DNA of 64,000 bases from a bacterium (GTDB lineage: Bacteria; Auribacterota; UBA3054). The DNA lies in contig JAFZXZ010000022.1 in NCBI GenBank assembly GCA_017616555.1, forward strand, positions 16 to 64,015, in the 5' to 3' direction. Within the stretch, counting starts at the first letter, position 1. The number at the start of each line of letters is the position of its first letter. This document shows, one piece after another, positions 9,001-19,400 of the stretch. Under the pieces are notes generated by a model. That model was not told the origin of the DNA. It was given only the letters and a program-made list of their open reading frames with translations, and did not search any database. Both the position numbers and the translations under genes were made by a program.

Positions 9001-10680
9001 AGTGCCGAAGTCAAACACGTTCACCTCACCGTCCCTGTAGAAAGAGAAGCATTCATAGGAACCGCCGAGCTTGAAACCACCGTAGCCGTAACTGTCGGAC
9101 GATTCGTCCATGTCGGCCCAGACTGATAGCCAGATATCCTGCCCAGCGAGCGTAGTAAGTGAGGCGGGGCTATATTTCATCCAGTTGATGAAACGCCTGG
9201 TGGTGGCCGTTTCATTGCCTTCGTTGCAGATCCTCAAGCTTCCGCCTTCGTGCATGGCGGAGTCGTCGCCCAAGTCTCTGTCCTGAATGTAGAAAATGTT
9301 GGAAAGGCAGGCGTACCAGGGGGAAGCGAAACCGCAGCCTCCTTCCGCGAACATCAAGCCACTGCCTATAGGATAATTGAAGCTCTCATGCAAAAGCATG
9401 TCGCCGGCCGCGTGGTAAGGCACGGAGCGGTAGCGCGCGGCGTAGCGGCGCGTCTTCTCCCAGGTCAGGGCCACCTGGCATTTCAGGTTGGTGGAGATGG
9501 GAACGCCGTCGTAGTAAATATTTGTGGAGCTGTAATAGTTGAAAATGCCGTTGGATCTGGCCATGATGGAGCCGTACTCCATGGGCGCCCCGGGAGGCGT
9601 GTTGTGGCAGCCGTGGCTGTGGCCGAAGAGGCCGCCGCCGCTGGTTCCGGTCTCATCATAGTGCTGGCCGCCCATATTGTGGCCGTCCTCGTGGATCCAG
9701 CCGGTGGTGTTGACGAAGTTCACGTCCATGCAGTTGTTGGCGGAACTTTCGCTGCCGCTGACGCCGCCTGACACGTAGGCAAGACCGGTGTAGGTCGGCA
9801 TCAGAACGGCGATGGAGCACATGTCGGCGCCGTAGCGGGCTCTCAGCTGCTCGATCTGTTCAAGGCCGTTCCTGGAGTTGCACAGGCTGCTTAAGGCCAA
9901 ACTGGAATTGCAGATCTCGCCGACAGGATTGTAATAATCGACGAGCTGGGAATGCACGAGGTTGAAGCAGGACCTCACGTGGCTGTTGCTAAGTACCAGC
10001 GTTCCCAGAACGATGCCCTGGGCCAAGACGTTGTTGATGCCGCCTCTGGACTTCGCTTCTTCCAAAGCTTCCTTGGTGTAAACGATCATGTAGTTCTGCG
10101 TCACATACTCGTCGCACTGCCAGTCGTTGGTGTAGTATTGTTCAGCCTCGACCTTGCTCATTATCTGCTGCACGCCGTCGCGGGCGATAATGTCGTCGAT
10201 TGGACCGTCGCAGCCGCCGCAGGTGAAGTTTTTGGTGTTCGGTTCCAGAGCCGTAAGCTTCTTGGTCTTGTCGTTGTAAAGTATGGCGTATTCATGGTTC
10301 AGGTAAGTGTAGTCCACCTGTCCCAGCATCTGGTCCTGGTCGGAAGTGAAACGCCAGATCTCGTTATAGCCGTTGTTGCGGGGCTGGAAATAGCCCGCCC
10401 TGACTTCCACCAAGTTGATGTCGCGGTAAGCCACCGTGCACTTGCCGGTAAAGACGCCGTCCGGGGAATTGAAGAAGATGGTATCCCCAACTTCCAGCGC
10501 TTTGATCTGCTCAGGCAAGTCGGAGTCCTGAAGCTTGGTGATGTCCCTTTCATAGCCGCCTGTTATGGTGGGCGGCTCCTGACAAGTCAGGTCAACGGTC
10601 AGAATGTCCTTCGGCGGAGTCGCGAAAGATATTGCGGCGAAAACCGCCAGCAGGGAGCTGAACCAGAGTGCTTTTTTCAT
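6025..10680 (-). CDS. giant secreted PEP-CTERM-anchored metzincin-type Zn metalloprotease with LamG-like, PKD and CarboxypepD_reg-like beta-sandwich domains (paralog 1, 1551 aa)
   Basis: Signal peptide. HEDGHNMGGQH at 9661-9693, followed by a Met-turn (EYGSIMA). PKD signature WNFGDGTGYSDW...VRDNYGAVT. C-terminal PEP-CTERM: LTPEPSLFALLILAALFAKRRNS. Confidence 0.85.
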   Translation of the reverse strand: MKKALWFSSLLAVFAAISFATPPKDILTVDLTCQEPPTITGGYERDITKLQDSDLPEQIKALEVGDTIFFNSPDGVFTGKCTVAYRDINLVEVRAGYFQPRNNGYNEIWRFTSDQDQMLGQVDYTYLNHEYAILYNDKTKKLTALEPNTKNFTCGGCDGPIDDIIARDGVQQIMSKVEAEQYYTNDWQCDEYVTQNYMIVYTKEALEEAKSRGGINNVLAQGIVLGTLVLSNSHVRSCFNLVHSQLVDYYNPVGEICNSSLALSSLCNSRNGLEQIEQLRARYGADMCSIAVLMPTYTGLAYVSGGVSGSESSANNCMDVNFVNTTGWIHEDGHNMGGQHYDETGTSGGGLFGHSHGCHNTPPGAPMEYGSIMARSNGIFNYYSSTNIYYDGVPISTNLKCQVALTWEKTRRYAARYRSVPYHAAGDMLLHESFNYPIGSGLMFAEGGCGFASPWYACLSNIFYIQDRDLGDDSAMHEGGSLRICNEGNETATTRRFINWMKYSPASLTTLAGQDIWLSVWADMDESSDSYGYGGFKLGGSYECFSFYRDGEVNVFDFGTGYKHEFGTPAHYLAHCTITTNDAGYAYTDIYMWVNPDMSSEPNVSDAVFHKYGYSYWGYNFSSLYLYAPPGFKGTFDEFCLGYTFDSVKNRAVPYGFVSMNGDDKIRLRWRNTTKGNVTLWRNTVEDFATAEKLREGDSTFQAYDDSAATLGQTYYYWLTGDFPTPEPRKAVRGIPDVSAECNGEYTIGQGQPAHLSAEGSKGYMPTVRWIVGHDMTLFSTNFYYYDYKDDQIYWPGDYNVEMRVTDRAFRTVICTNYTVLHVTNAYPHVDIWSEAETRMVNLPQIFSAAPTDPGIHDSLDIRWNFGDGTGYSDWTNFYFASHTFTSAGTFNVACQVRDNYGAVTETVIEHVIDGAEARPHVPDTVTLENGRSAVLLLTNPGSVSCDFSTVNIFESLTISPSSGTINPGADGCVPVIVEVNPLKTGGLEKNYNISVIVDSVTNNVLVKVPKVEVPYVNINGPYAAEQGFPVYLDGSGTMGGYKYRWLLDGLEISGPSDSFMGEFLADVTPGEYTLTLNVEKANGVVLSSAETNLFVRDTYPAVYLEAENRGNNTVVYTPYVVQPVGDEAQVRFNWDNDSGWTVWQDVVGVSHTFPGDRTYYVQCQVRDSAGNINDTAIFFDPANTLDVKASFADSQKEYTVAAGKEVVMKADFFLGKKVLWRKLPGFGGPVSLSGSEGTEVTCRPQYAGTYYFAAYAANDTAVSAPQILKLNVTKDDSAQNTTYAIGGVLTTNTFFGNGFLGDALVRAVGEDFAFAVSNTTDGIFVFDAVPAGKVYLSVYKDGYEGRALEVDLTDGSKSVVIPCEANESKGFVYAKVSDSSSFFPVVGAEARVANTLANVTEQGRTTALTLQYGEHILTVRGEGRKQYVTNIVVSTGTPTYPVYLDGYSPYIMGFLYGTGNEIVTNAQIQVVSEKTQNIVQRYNMSGLPFYTIHLGPQQRTSLRVRPVNYDNQNYSFTPEGSCYKDFVLTPEPSLFALLILAALFAKRRNS

Positions 10681-10700
10681 AATTTATCCTGTATTGTTAT

Positions 10701-11864
10701 TTATTTAATTTTATCATTCTTAAGTTTTTCGGCTATCATTTCCCTGACTTCCAAACTCTCTTTGCCGACCGGCATGAGGATCCAGGCGTGCATGACGCTT
10801 TTGCCGATGAAGAGCGTGGCGTCTATCCCTTTGCGTTTAGCCAGTTCGTAAAAACGCGTGGCATGCGAGGAGAAGACCTCCTTGCTTCCGGTGAAGATGT
10901 CCATTGGCGGGAAGCCTTCCAGATCCCCGTGATAAGGGTCGCACTCGTTGTGTGTGGCAGCGTTCCCAGGGCGCAGGAAAACGTTGAGATTATAGATGAG
11001 CTGCAAAGGTATGAGGATGTCGTCCGGCGCCAGGATCGCCATTTCCTCTTTGCAGTTTTCCTCGCTGACATCAATGTGCGCCGGGGAAAAGAGGAAGAGA
11101 CGGCTAGGCAGCGGCAATTTGTTGTCCCTGGCCCTGAAGCAGACGGTCAGACATAGGGCGCAGCCGGCGGATTCGCCGAAGAAGGCAATGTCTTCCGGCT
11201 TGTAAACCTTCAGCATCTCCTTGTAGGCTTCGAAGCAGGTCGTGGTGGAACGGTACATGTCCGTATCCGGCAGCAAGGGATAATCCGGGAACCAAATATC
11301 CCTCTCCCCTTTCTGAAGGAAGTAAAGGGCCAGATCCCAGTGCTGCAGCATAGGCGGCAATATCATACCGCCGCCGTGACAGTAGAGCAGTGCCTTGCCG
11401 TTTCCCTTCTTCTGCCTTATGATCTCACAGTGCCGTCCGTCAGAAAGAGGCAGAGATTCCACGTCCTTTACGACTTTCAGCCACTTGGGAGCGTAGGTCT
11501 CCTTCCAGCTCGTCTTCTTGTCCAGCTTGCTCTTCAATTTATCCGCCGGCTTGGCGAAAAGTTTCTTGGGTCCGAAAGTCTTGGCCGCCAGCGCCTGCAT
11601 ACGGTAGAGTATGCTGGGCTTGACCGTGGCGTTGATGTTCGTGATCTCGGCGAAATGCGCGGCCACCGCCTGCTTGTATTCAGGCGAGAAATCGAAAGCG
11701 TGCCGCGCTTTCATGACGTCCATCGCCTCGTAAAAGGCGTTGGTGGAACCTTTCGACTTAAAGTAATTCTCCACCTCGCCGTAGGTGGCGAGGCCGTCAG
11801 TCTCGCCGCCGAAAAGCAGCGAAGTGGCAAGAAAGAAAAATATGAAAAGGTTTATCTTCGCCAT
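10701..11864 (-). CDS. secreted alpha/beta-hydrolase, HSL-type (family IV) esterase/lipase
   Basis: Signal peptide MAKINLFIFFFLATSLLFG. Oxyanion motif LLYCHGGGM, nucleophile elbow GESAGC, and a C-terminal His (SVMHAW). Confidence 0.8.
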   Translation of the reverse strand: MAKINLFIFFFLATSLLFGGETDGLATYGEVENYFKSKGSTNAFYEAMDVMKARHAFDFSPEYKQAVAAHFAEITNINATVKPSILYRMQALAAKTFGPKKLFAKPADKLKSKLDKKTSWKETYAPKWLKVVKDVESLPLSDGRHCEIIRQKKGNGKALLYCHGGGMILPPMLQHWDLALYFLQKGERDIWFPDYPLLPDTDMYRSTTTCFEAYKEMLKVYKPEDIAFFGESAGCALCLTVCFRARDNKLPLPSRLFLFSPAHIDVSEENCKEEMAILAPDDILIPLQLIYNLNVFLRPGNAATHNECDPYHGDLEGFPPMDIFTGSKEVFSSHATRFYELAKRKGIDATLFIGKSVMHAWILMPVGKESLEVREMIAEKLKNDKIK

Positions 11865-14800
11865 TTCAGCGCAAGAAGAAGCGCTATAAGCGCTATGAGA
11901 GCCGGTTCCGGAGTCAAAACAACGTCGTGTTCAACGATAGAATCGGAATTTATGCTGTAGTTCTCGTTGTCGTAACCGTCGAGGCGGTAGCGCAGCGTCA
12001 CGGGGTGTCCCGGCGTAAGGCCGATGAAATAGAAGGGCTCGCCGTTCATACTGTGACGATCCACGATGTTCTTCGTAAGGTCGGACAATACCTGGATGGT
12101 GCCGGCTTTCACGGTCTCGCCGCCGGTGCCGTAGAGGAACCCGTGGACGAAGGGCGAGTATCCTTCGCTTTCGACGTCATAGGTCTTGGCCCTGGCTTCC
12201 GGAGAAACGCTCTCAACGACAATGTCCCTGCCGGGAATCTCGACTGTCATGACATATTCGCCGTAGGGCAGCGTAAGAGCCGTAGAACGGCCCTTGTCGG
12301 TGGTGGTGCCTGTCTTTGACCCTGCGGTGACAACAGCGCCCTTTATGGGCAATTTGGAGCGGTTGTCGGCCAGCTGGGCGTATATTATGCCGCTGCCGGT
12401 GAGATCTTCCGCTTCCAAAGTGACTACCTGAGACTCGTTGGATATCACGGTATCGTAAACAAGTCCGGCGTAACGGTCGCTACTAAGGCAGAGTGAGACG
12501 GGCCCGTACGGCAATCCTTCCAAAATGAAAGTGCCGTCAACTTCGTTGGAAACAGCCAAAGCATAGTTCTTGCCGACAGCCCTGATGATGCATTCGCCAG
12601 TAGTGTCGCAGCCGTAGATGGTGTTGGTCACGACTACGCCGGCAAGGGAACCGCAAAGGTCTATGGCTTCCGTTTCCTTCGTTACGTTGAGGGTAAGAAC
12701 AGCTGGCGCGCTGATGGCCTTGTCGTTCTGGGCGTAGCAAAGGAAGCAATAGGTGCCCGGCTTCTCCGGCATCACTGAGAAGGAGGCGGCGGAAGCGTCT
12801 TCTATGAGGCCGAGCTGAGGATTGGAGAAATTCTCGCGCCAAACGATGTCGCACTCCCCGACTTTTGTCGCGCTTACGGTCACGCTGGCGCCCGAGGAGA
12901 CTGAATATTCTTTTTCGCCGTTCTCAAAAGTTGCTTTGACACTCAGAGGATCTTCCGGACTGAAGCGGGCGGAGGTTGCGTTCTCCTTACCGTAAGCCCT
13001 GATCTGGCACTGGACGAGGTAGGTGCGGTCGGCTTTGAAGGTATGAGTCACTTCGGCTGGTGATTGCCAGATAGTCCAGCCAACGCCCTCGTCCCAGTTG
13101 AAGCGGACTTCCGCCTCTCCGGGAGCGTGCATGATGACTCTGGGAGAATAAGTGACGGTAGTCCCCTCCCTTCCTGTTTCTTCCAGGAAGACCTCGGGAT
13201 CGATAGTCGCGGAGGAAATGATGTTGGTAACGGCCGCCGCTACAGCCTCGTTGGATTTCAGCGCCTCAGTTACAAGTTCGTGCTCGCCTTCCTCCAGTGT
13301 GAGGATCGAGTCAAGAATCAGGCTCTTTTGCGGAGCGCCGATCTCTTCTCCATCCAGGAACCAGCGGAAACTGTAGCCCGGTTGACTGCCAAGGGCGGAG
13401 AAAGTCGTTTCATACTCTCCCAGGATATCGAAGGGGCCCTGGTAAGCCAGCTGGCAGGGAACATAGGGAATGTTTACTCTCACGTCATGAGTCTCGTCGC
13501 CGATCTTGAGCTTTAAGTTAAAGATGCCGGACGTGCCTCCGGTGGCGGCGTGGTCATAAGTCAAAAGCACGGTTTGGTAGCCGCTGACGGTTCCGCTGGC
13601 GGGATAGGCGGAAAGAAGATCGTTCTGGGTGTCGATCTCGTAATCGTAAGGAGAGGAGCCCTTGTTGCCCAGGACTAAGACAACGGAATGGCCGTTGCTC
13701 ATCGTGATCCTGCTCGGGAAGAACGGGACAGGGCTGGAGCCGGAAATAACGATGTTGCCTTCTTCCCTCGTCACAGCCTCGTAGTCGTCCTTGACCTCGC
13801 ACTCCACTTTGAAGCTGCCCGCTTCCGTGAAGGTGTGCGCGAAGTAATAGCTGTTGGTCCAGGGGCTCCATTCCGTCTCGGGAGCGAAGCGCCATCTGAC
13901 GGTCAGGATGTCGTTGGTGCCGGGATCGGTGGGATAGGCGTGGAAGATCAACTGCTTGCCGGCCATCTTTTCCGCCGTCTCGCATTCGAAAGTCACGTGC
14001 GGATAACTGTTGGTGACGTGAAGTACGGTCGTGTCTTCCAGAATGTCGGTCTGAACTTCCTGCTCCGTCACTTCGATCTTGACCGGATAATCGCCGGGCG
14101 TCATGATGATCCTTTCGTTGAAGGCATAGTCGTAGTGGTTGGTAAGGAAGACTGTGTCGAAAGTCCCGACCGTCCAGCGGATCATGGGCAGAAAGCCAGT
14201 TGTGCCCTTGGCGGTGAGATGCGCAATTTGTCCCTGGCCGATAGTGTATTCGCCGTTGGCTTCCACCGTATCCACGGGCGTTCCCGCAACGCCTTTTCTT
14301 ACAAGCGTCGTGAACTCGTGGTCGGTGTAGTTGGCTTTCAGCCAGTAGTAGTACGTGACGCCGGGTGTTACATTGACGTCTTTGAAACTGGCGGTGCCGC
14401 CGCCTAAATTGGATATACTTGTCGCGGACGCGGGATCGTTGACCGTGGATCTGAGAATATCGAAGGATTCGGGCTCGGTGACGTTGCGCCAGACCATCCT
14501 GATGAAGTCATTGGTATAGCCGCCAGGAACGATCCTGAAGCCGGAGGGCCTTTCCGGCGGATTCAGTGAGGCATAAGTGAAGCCGATCCTCAGATCATCC
14601 AGTTCGCCCTTGAAGTCGTTCATGCTGTAAAGCGTCAGATAACGGTAATTGCTGAAGTAACTGACGTTGCTCACATCCACGATAAAATCGGCGCTGGAAG
14701 GATCGGGCTCGCTTATGCCTTCGTAATCTTTCCAAACGCTGACGGTAGTATCAGTTTCCCCCATTTCAAAATGGACCAATACGCTGAAGGGCACGTCATA

Positions 14801-16471
14801 ATCATAAGTAATGGCGGAGATCCCGCCGTTGACCCTGATCTTGTTGTCATTGAAGCGGAGATAGAAATTGCCCAGATAAATGTAGAATATTTTGTCGCTC
14901 TGGATCTTCAGGGTGCTCTTCAGCCAGAAATTCGTTCTGCTGTAATGATAGTCGCCGTTGATGTTGCGACCCCAGAAGATGAAGCGCCTGGCCGATTCGG
15001 AGCCGGCGTTGTCGTTCCTGATCCTCAATACGCCGCCTCTGTGAAAACCTTCCCTCCCAAAAGTGTCGGCAACCGTCTGGAAAATATTGGTGTTGCAGTT
15101 CTCCCAAGGAGTGCAGAAGCCTTCGCCGCCTTCCTGCCACATAAGCCCCATGCCGTCAGGATATTCGAAATCCTCGGCGCAGACGAGCCCGTCCACGTCG
15201 GGAACGACGGGATTGCAGCGGTATCTAGCGGCGTAGCGCCTGATCTTCGTCCAGGTGTCGGCCACGCGGCACTTAGCGTTGGTGCTGATCGGAACGCCGT
15301 CGTAGTAGATGTTGGTGGAGGAATAATAGTTGAAGAGGCCGGCGGAACGGGCCATGACGGAGCCGTATTCCCTGGGCGCCCCGGGAGGCGTATTGTGGCA
15401 GCCGAAGCTGTGGTCGAAAAGGCTGCTCCGGTTGTTTTCAGCATAGGTGTCGATGTAGTGGCGGCCGCCCATGGTGTGGCCGTCCTCGTGGCACCAGCCG
15501 GTGCCGCCCAAAAAGTCGGAGTCCATGCAGTTGAAGGGAATGGATTCGGAGCCAGTCTGGGAGTAGTTGACGTTGGCGAGGCCGGTGTAGGTGGCGTGCT
15601 TGATGCCGATAGACCCCATGTCACATCCGTAGCGGCAGCGCATGTCATAGGCGTCCTCGCAGCCGTTGCGGTAGCCGTTGAAGTCGCCAAGGCTCTTGCC
15701 GGAATTGTGGTTGTCCGGGTAATCGGAAAGCAGCTGCGAGTGACCGAGCCTCAGGCAGGCCTTGATGTTGCTGTTGCTTAAAAGCAAGGTGCCATGGACG
15801 ATGCCGTGGGCCATCAGGTGGTTGATGCCGCCTTTCCTTTTGGAGTATTCGTAGGCGTCCTTGGTGTAGCAGATAAGATAATTCTGCGTCACGTATTCCG
15901 GCACTTCCCAGATGTTGGTGTAGAAAGTGGCCGGCTGCGGAGCGGTAAAGTTGGCATGGATCTCCGATTTTTGTTCCTCGCTGAGTTCGGAAAGAGCCGC
16001 GCCGTCCTCGTTGCCGCAGCGGAAATCCTTCATGCGGCTGTCCTCGCAATAGGCCATGAGTTTACCGCTGGCTTTGGTGTAAAGTATGTTGTATTCCTTG
16101 GCAAGGTAGGTGTATTCCATCCAGCCCACCAGCGCGTCCTGGTCATAGGTAAAATGAAAGATCTCCCTGTAACCGTTGTTCCGCGGCTCAAAATACCCGG
16201 CCCTCACTTCCACCATGTTGACGTCGCGGTAGGCCACGCCCACAGTGCCCGTGAAGACGCCCTCGGCCGTTTTGAAAACGATCTGGTCTTTGTACTTCAG
16301 GGCCCTCACCTGTTCCGGGAAATCGGCGTCCTGAAGTTTGGTGACGTCGGTGCCCATGATCGTTGAAGCGCCGGCGTTCTCAAAGTCCACCACGAGCAAG
16401 CCTTTTTTGGGAGGCGTAGCGAAAAGAGAGGAAGCAATAAAAAGAACTGAGAGCAGTAAGAGTTTTTTCAT
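11852..16471 (-). CDS. giant PEP-CTERM metzincin/PKD protein (paralog 2, 1539 aa)
   Basis: Collinear with paralog 1 and roughly half identical by eye. HEDGHTMGGRH at 15458-15490. PKD motif. C-terminal LTPEPALIALIALLLALKWRR. Confidence 0.85.
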   Translation of the reverse strand: MKKLLLLSVLFIASSLFATPPKKGLLVVDFENAGASTIMGTDVTKLQDADFPEQVRALKYKDQIVFKTAEGVFTGTVGVAYRDVNMVEVRAGYFEPRNNGYREIFHFTYDQDALVGWMEYTYLAKEYNILYTKASGKLMAYCEDSRMKDFRCGNEDGAALSELSEEQKSEIHANFTAPQPATFYTNIWEVPEYVTQNYLICYTKDAYEYSKRKGGINHLMAHGIVHGTLLLSNSNIKACLRLGHSQLLSDYPDNHNSGKSLGDFNGYRNGCEDAYDMRCRYGCDMGSIGIKHATYTGLANVNYSQTGSESIPFNCMDSDFLGGTGWCHEDGHTMGGRHYIDTYAENNRSSLFDHSFGCHNTPPGAPREYGSVMARSAGLFNYYSSTNIYYDGVPISTNAKCRVADTWTKIRRYAARYRCNPVVPDVDGLVCAEDFEYPDGMGLMWQEGGEGFCTPWENCNTNIFQTVADTFGREGFHRGGVLRIRNDNAGSESARRFIFWGRNINGDYHYSRTNFWLKSTLKIQSDKIFYIYLGNFYLRFNDNKIRVNGGISAITYDYDVPFSVLVHFEMGETDTTVSVWKDYEGISEPDPSSADFIVDVSNVSYFSNYRYLTLYSMNDFKGELDDLRIGFTYASLNPPERPSGFRIVPGGYTNDFIRMVWRNVTEPESFDILRSTVNDPASATSISNLGGGTASFKDVNVTPGVTYYYWLKANYTDHEFTTLVRKGVAGTPVDTVEANGEYTIGQGQIAHLTAKGTTGFLPMIRWTVGTFDTVFLTNHYDYAFNERIIMTPGDYPVKIEVTEQEVQTDILEDTTVLHVTNSYPHVTFECETAEKMAGKQLIFHAYPTDPGTNDILTVRWRFAPETEWSPWTNSYYFAHTFTEAGSFKVECEVKDDYEAVTREEGNIVISGSSPVPFFPSRITMSNGHSVVLVLGNKGSSPYDYEIDTQNDLLSAYPASGTVSGYQTVLLTYDHAATGGTSGIFNLKLKIGDETHDVRVNIPYVPCQLAYQGPFDILGEYETTFSALGSQPGYSFRWFLDGEEIGAPQKSLILDSILTLEEGEHELVTEALKSNEAVAAAVTNIISSATIDPEVFLEETGREGTTVTYSPRVIMHAPGEAEVRFNWDEGVGWTIWQSPAEVTHTFKADRTYLVQCQIRAYGKENATSARFSPEDPLSVKATFENGEKEYSVSSGASVTVSATKVGECDIVWRENFSNPQLGLIEDASAASFSVMPEKPGTYCFLCYAQNDKAISAPAVLTLNVTKETEAIDLCGSLAGVVVTNTIYGCDTTGECIIRAVGKNYALAVSNEVDGTFILEGLPYGPVSLCLSSDRYAGLVYDTVISNESQVVTLEAEDLTGSGIIYAQLADNRSKLPIKGAVVTAGSKTGTTTDKGRSTALTLPYGEYVMTVEIPGRDIVVESVSPEARAKTYDVESEGYSPFVHGFLYGTGGETVKAGTIQVLSDLTKNIVDRHSMNGEPFYFIGLTPGHPVTLRYRLDGYDNENYSINSDSIVEHDVVLTPEPALIALIALLLALKWRR

Positions 16472-16481
16472 AGGGTTTCCT

Positions 16482-19400
16482 TTATTCGTGTCTCAAATAA
16501 ATAAGGCCGAGAGCAAAGATGAGAAGCGAAGCAAAAAGCGGTTCCGGCGTCAGCACCACGTCTCTGTGCCCGTTGTTATCAAGCTGTATGTCGAAATTAA
16601 GGTTGTCGTATTCCACCGGGCGGACGCGCAGCGTCGTTGCGGCTTCGCCCAAACCTATATCGTAGAAAGGAACGCCGTCGAGGTTCCAGCGTTTTGCGAT
16701 GTTCATGGTCTCCTTACTAAGCACCTGGATCTGGGCGTTCGTCACGATCTCCAATCCAGTGCCGTAAGCCATGCCGGAAAGCGTAAATTGTCTTCCTTCC
16801 ATCGCGATATTGTAAGTGGCGGGTTTCGAACTTACCGTGACGTTCGTAATGACGCGGTCCATGCCGGGATAATTCAGTTCGGCAAGATATTCGCCGCAGG
16901 GCAGCGCGAAGGCAACGGAGCGTCCCTTGGCGTTCGTAGTACCTTTCTGCCCGGCAATTATTATCACTACGCCTTCCAAGGGAAGATTGGACCTCTCTCC
17001 CGCGCAGTTGAAATAAAGATATCCGGAGGCTTCGCTCTTCTTAAGATCGAACGTGCAGCCGGAATTTTCAATGAGGTTGGTGAAGCAGGGCGCATGATCG
17101 GGATGCGTGATATTCAAAGTTAATCCGCTTCCGCCCTCGAAGGCCGGGAAACTGAAAGCGCCGTAAGCGTTGTTGGTGATCCAGTAGATCTCGCTTCCCG
17201 TGGAAACGGCAATAGAGCAGCCTGCCAATGAACCGGAGCCGAACATGGTGTTGGTGATCACCGTGCCGTTGAGGTCCCAGGAAACGCTTTCTGTTTCGGG
17301 AAGATCAACTTCTACAGTCAGGACCCGGGGCGCAGAAATGGCATCATCGTTTCCTGAGTAATAAACGAAATAATATGTGCCGGCTTTCTCGAAAGGCCCG
17401 CAGGAAGTTTCACTGGCAAGATTATCGGAGAGCAGACCCAGCTGCGGGTTCATGGGATCCTCACGCCAGAAATTTCTGACAGATCCGTCCCCTTGCAGTT
17501 CGATGCTTTCGCCGACGGAAAGAACAATCAACTTACCTTCGCTTCCTATAATTTTGGGCTTGGAAGCGAAAGAGAATTCCGGACGGAAAATTAAGCCGGA
17601 GCCGTTGACGCCGCCTTTCTGACTTATCTCGCACTGGATGTAGTGATCGTCCTTATTGTTGAACTCGTGGGTGAATTCAGAATCATTTGCCAGACTCTGC
17701 CAGGTGGTCCAGCCAGCGTCCTCGCCCCAGTTGAACCTGATGAGCGTTCCCTCTTTGTAAGGCGCCAGGAAGGGCCTTAAGGTTATGCTCTTTTCGCCGT
17801 GCGAAACTTCCTCAAGATAAACTCTCGAGACAAGGGGCATGATAAAAACATTGGTGTCGGAACTGCCGACGAGCTTGTTTTCACTATCGTAGGCTTCGAG
17901 TTTCAGGGCGTGCTCCCCGCTTCCGGATTTTGCAATAACGTCAGCTGTATTTCCGCTTGCAGTCTCAATTCCGTCAACAAGCCATTTATAGGCATAGCCC
18001 GGTGTGGAGCCGAAGTTGTTGAGGTGAAGAACGTCGCCCTCGTTGAGCGTAAAGTTGCCGCTCTGCGCCAGAACGGGATAATTGCCGGAAGTGAAAGTCT
18101 TCACCTTCACTGTTTCGTCTTTCCCGTCGGCGGTAAGCGTGAAACAGTACTCCCCTGCTTTGCCAAGCGCTTCGCTGGAAACTTTTATGAGCAGCGCGCG
18201 GCCGGTCTCATCGACACGGCCAGTTGCAGGCGAGACCGTTAAGGGCTGGTCATCTACTCCGCTGACGCTGTAATCGTAAGGCAGCGTCCCGAGATTCTTC
18301 AGTTCCAGCGCCGTTCTGTCCGAGCCTATGGGAACAGTAATGAGAGTTGGGAAGCTGGGGATGGCCTTGGCTTCGCCCAAAGTGATATCCAAACTCTTTT
18401 CCGTCACCGCTCCGTAATTGTCCCTGACCTGGCACTTCAATTCCTTTCCGCCGGAAGTCTGGTATTTATGCACGAAGAAAAGATCCGAGGTCCATTCAGT
18501 CCAATCCTCTCCCCCTTCGGCGCGCCAGCGCACTTCGAATGTGTCGTTGGTGCCGGGGTCGCTGGGGAAGGCCTGGAAAGTGAGATTCCTTCCCGCCATC
18601 AGGCTTCCGTTGATCAGACTTACGTCCAGTTTCGGATAAGCGTTTGTCACGGTAAGCGTCGTGTAGTTCGTCACCATGCCGTCGTAGGGACGCATTGCGT
18701 CGCGCATGATCAAAGTGACCTCATAAGTCCCCGGGGTATAGGTGTCGGTGTAGGCATAAACCGCGTTATTGGTCTTCATCTGAGACTGCACGCCCCTCAA
18801 TTGCCACCTGAAGGCCGGCATCCAGCCAATTGACGCGGAAGCGTCGAAGTAGTTGGTCTCGCTTTGCCCCACCACATAGGGTCCGCCGGGTTCCGCGGTC
18901 TGGCTGAGTTTTCCAAGCAGCCCGGAGACCGGCATGGTGAAGAGTCTAGGTTCCGTAGCACCCCTTGGGGCCGCCATGTAGTAATAGACTTTGTCCGCTT
19001 CCGCCGAGTCGTCATCAAACTCTACTCTTCCGCCTTCAGTGGAAACGTTGGCGAGCAATTCAAAATCATCGAAATTTTTCGTCCCGCTTCTGTAAACGCC
19101 GTATTCCCCTGCTGCCGCCGCAAAGGAGAACAGCAAAGAATTATCGCGTTCATCGAGCATGGGATCCTGGGGATGCTGGGCGATGAGGACGTCCTCCCAG
19201 CTTTTGCCTAGCCTTATTTCATCCACGATGAACTTAGCGCCTTTCCTGCCTTCAATGACCACTCTGTTGGCAACATCGTAGGTCGCATAGTTGGACACGT
19301 AGGCGTCCGCCGAATCGAGTCTGGGTTCGGTATCCAGCGACGGATCAAGCCAGAAGTAAACTCTGTTCTGTGCGTAGTCGAATTTAACAAGAAAGAGGTT

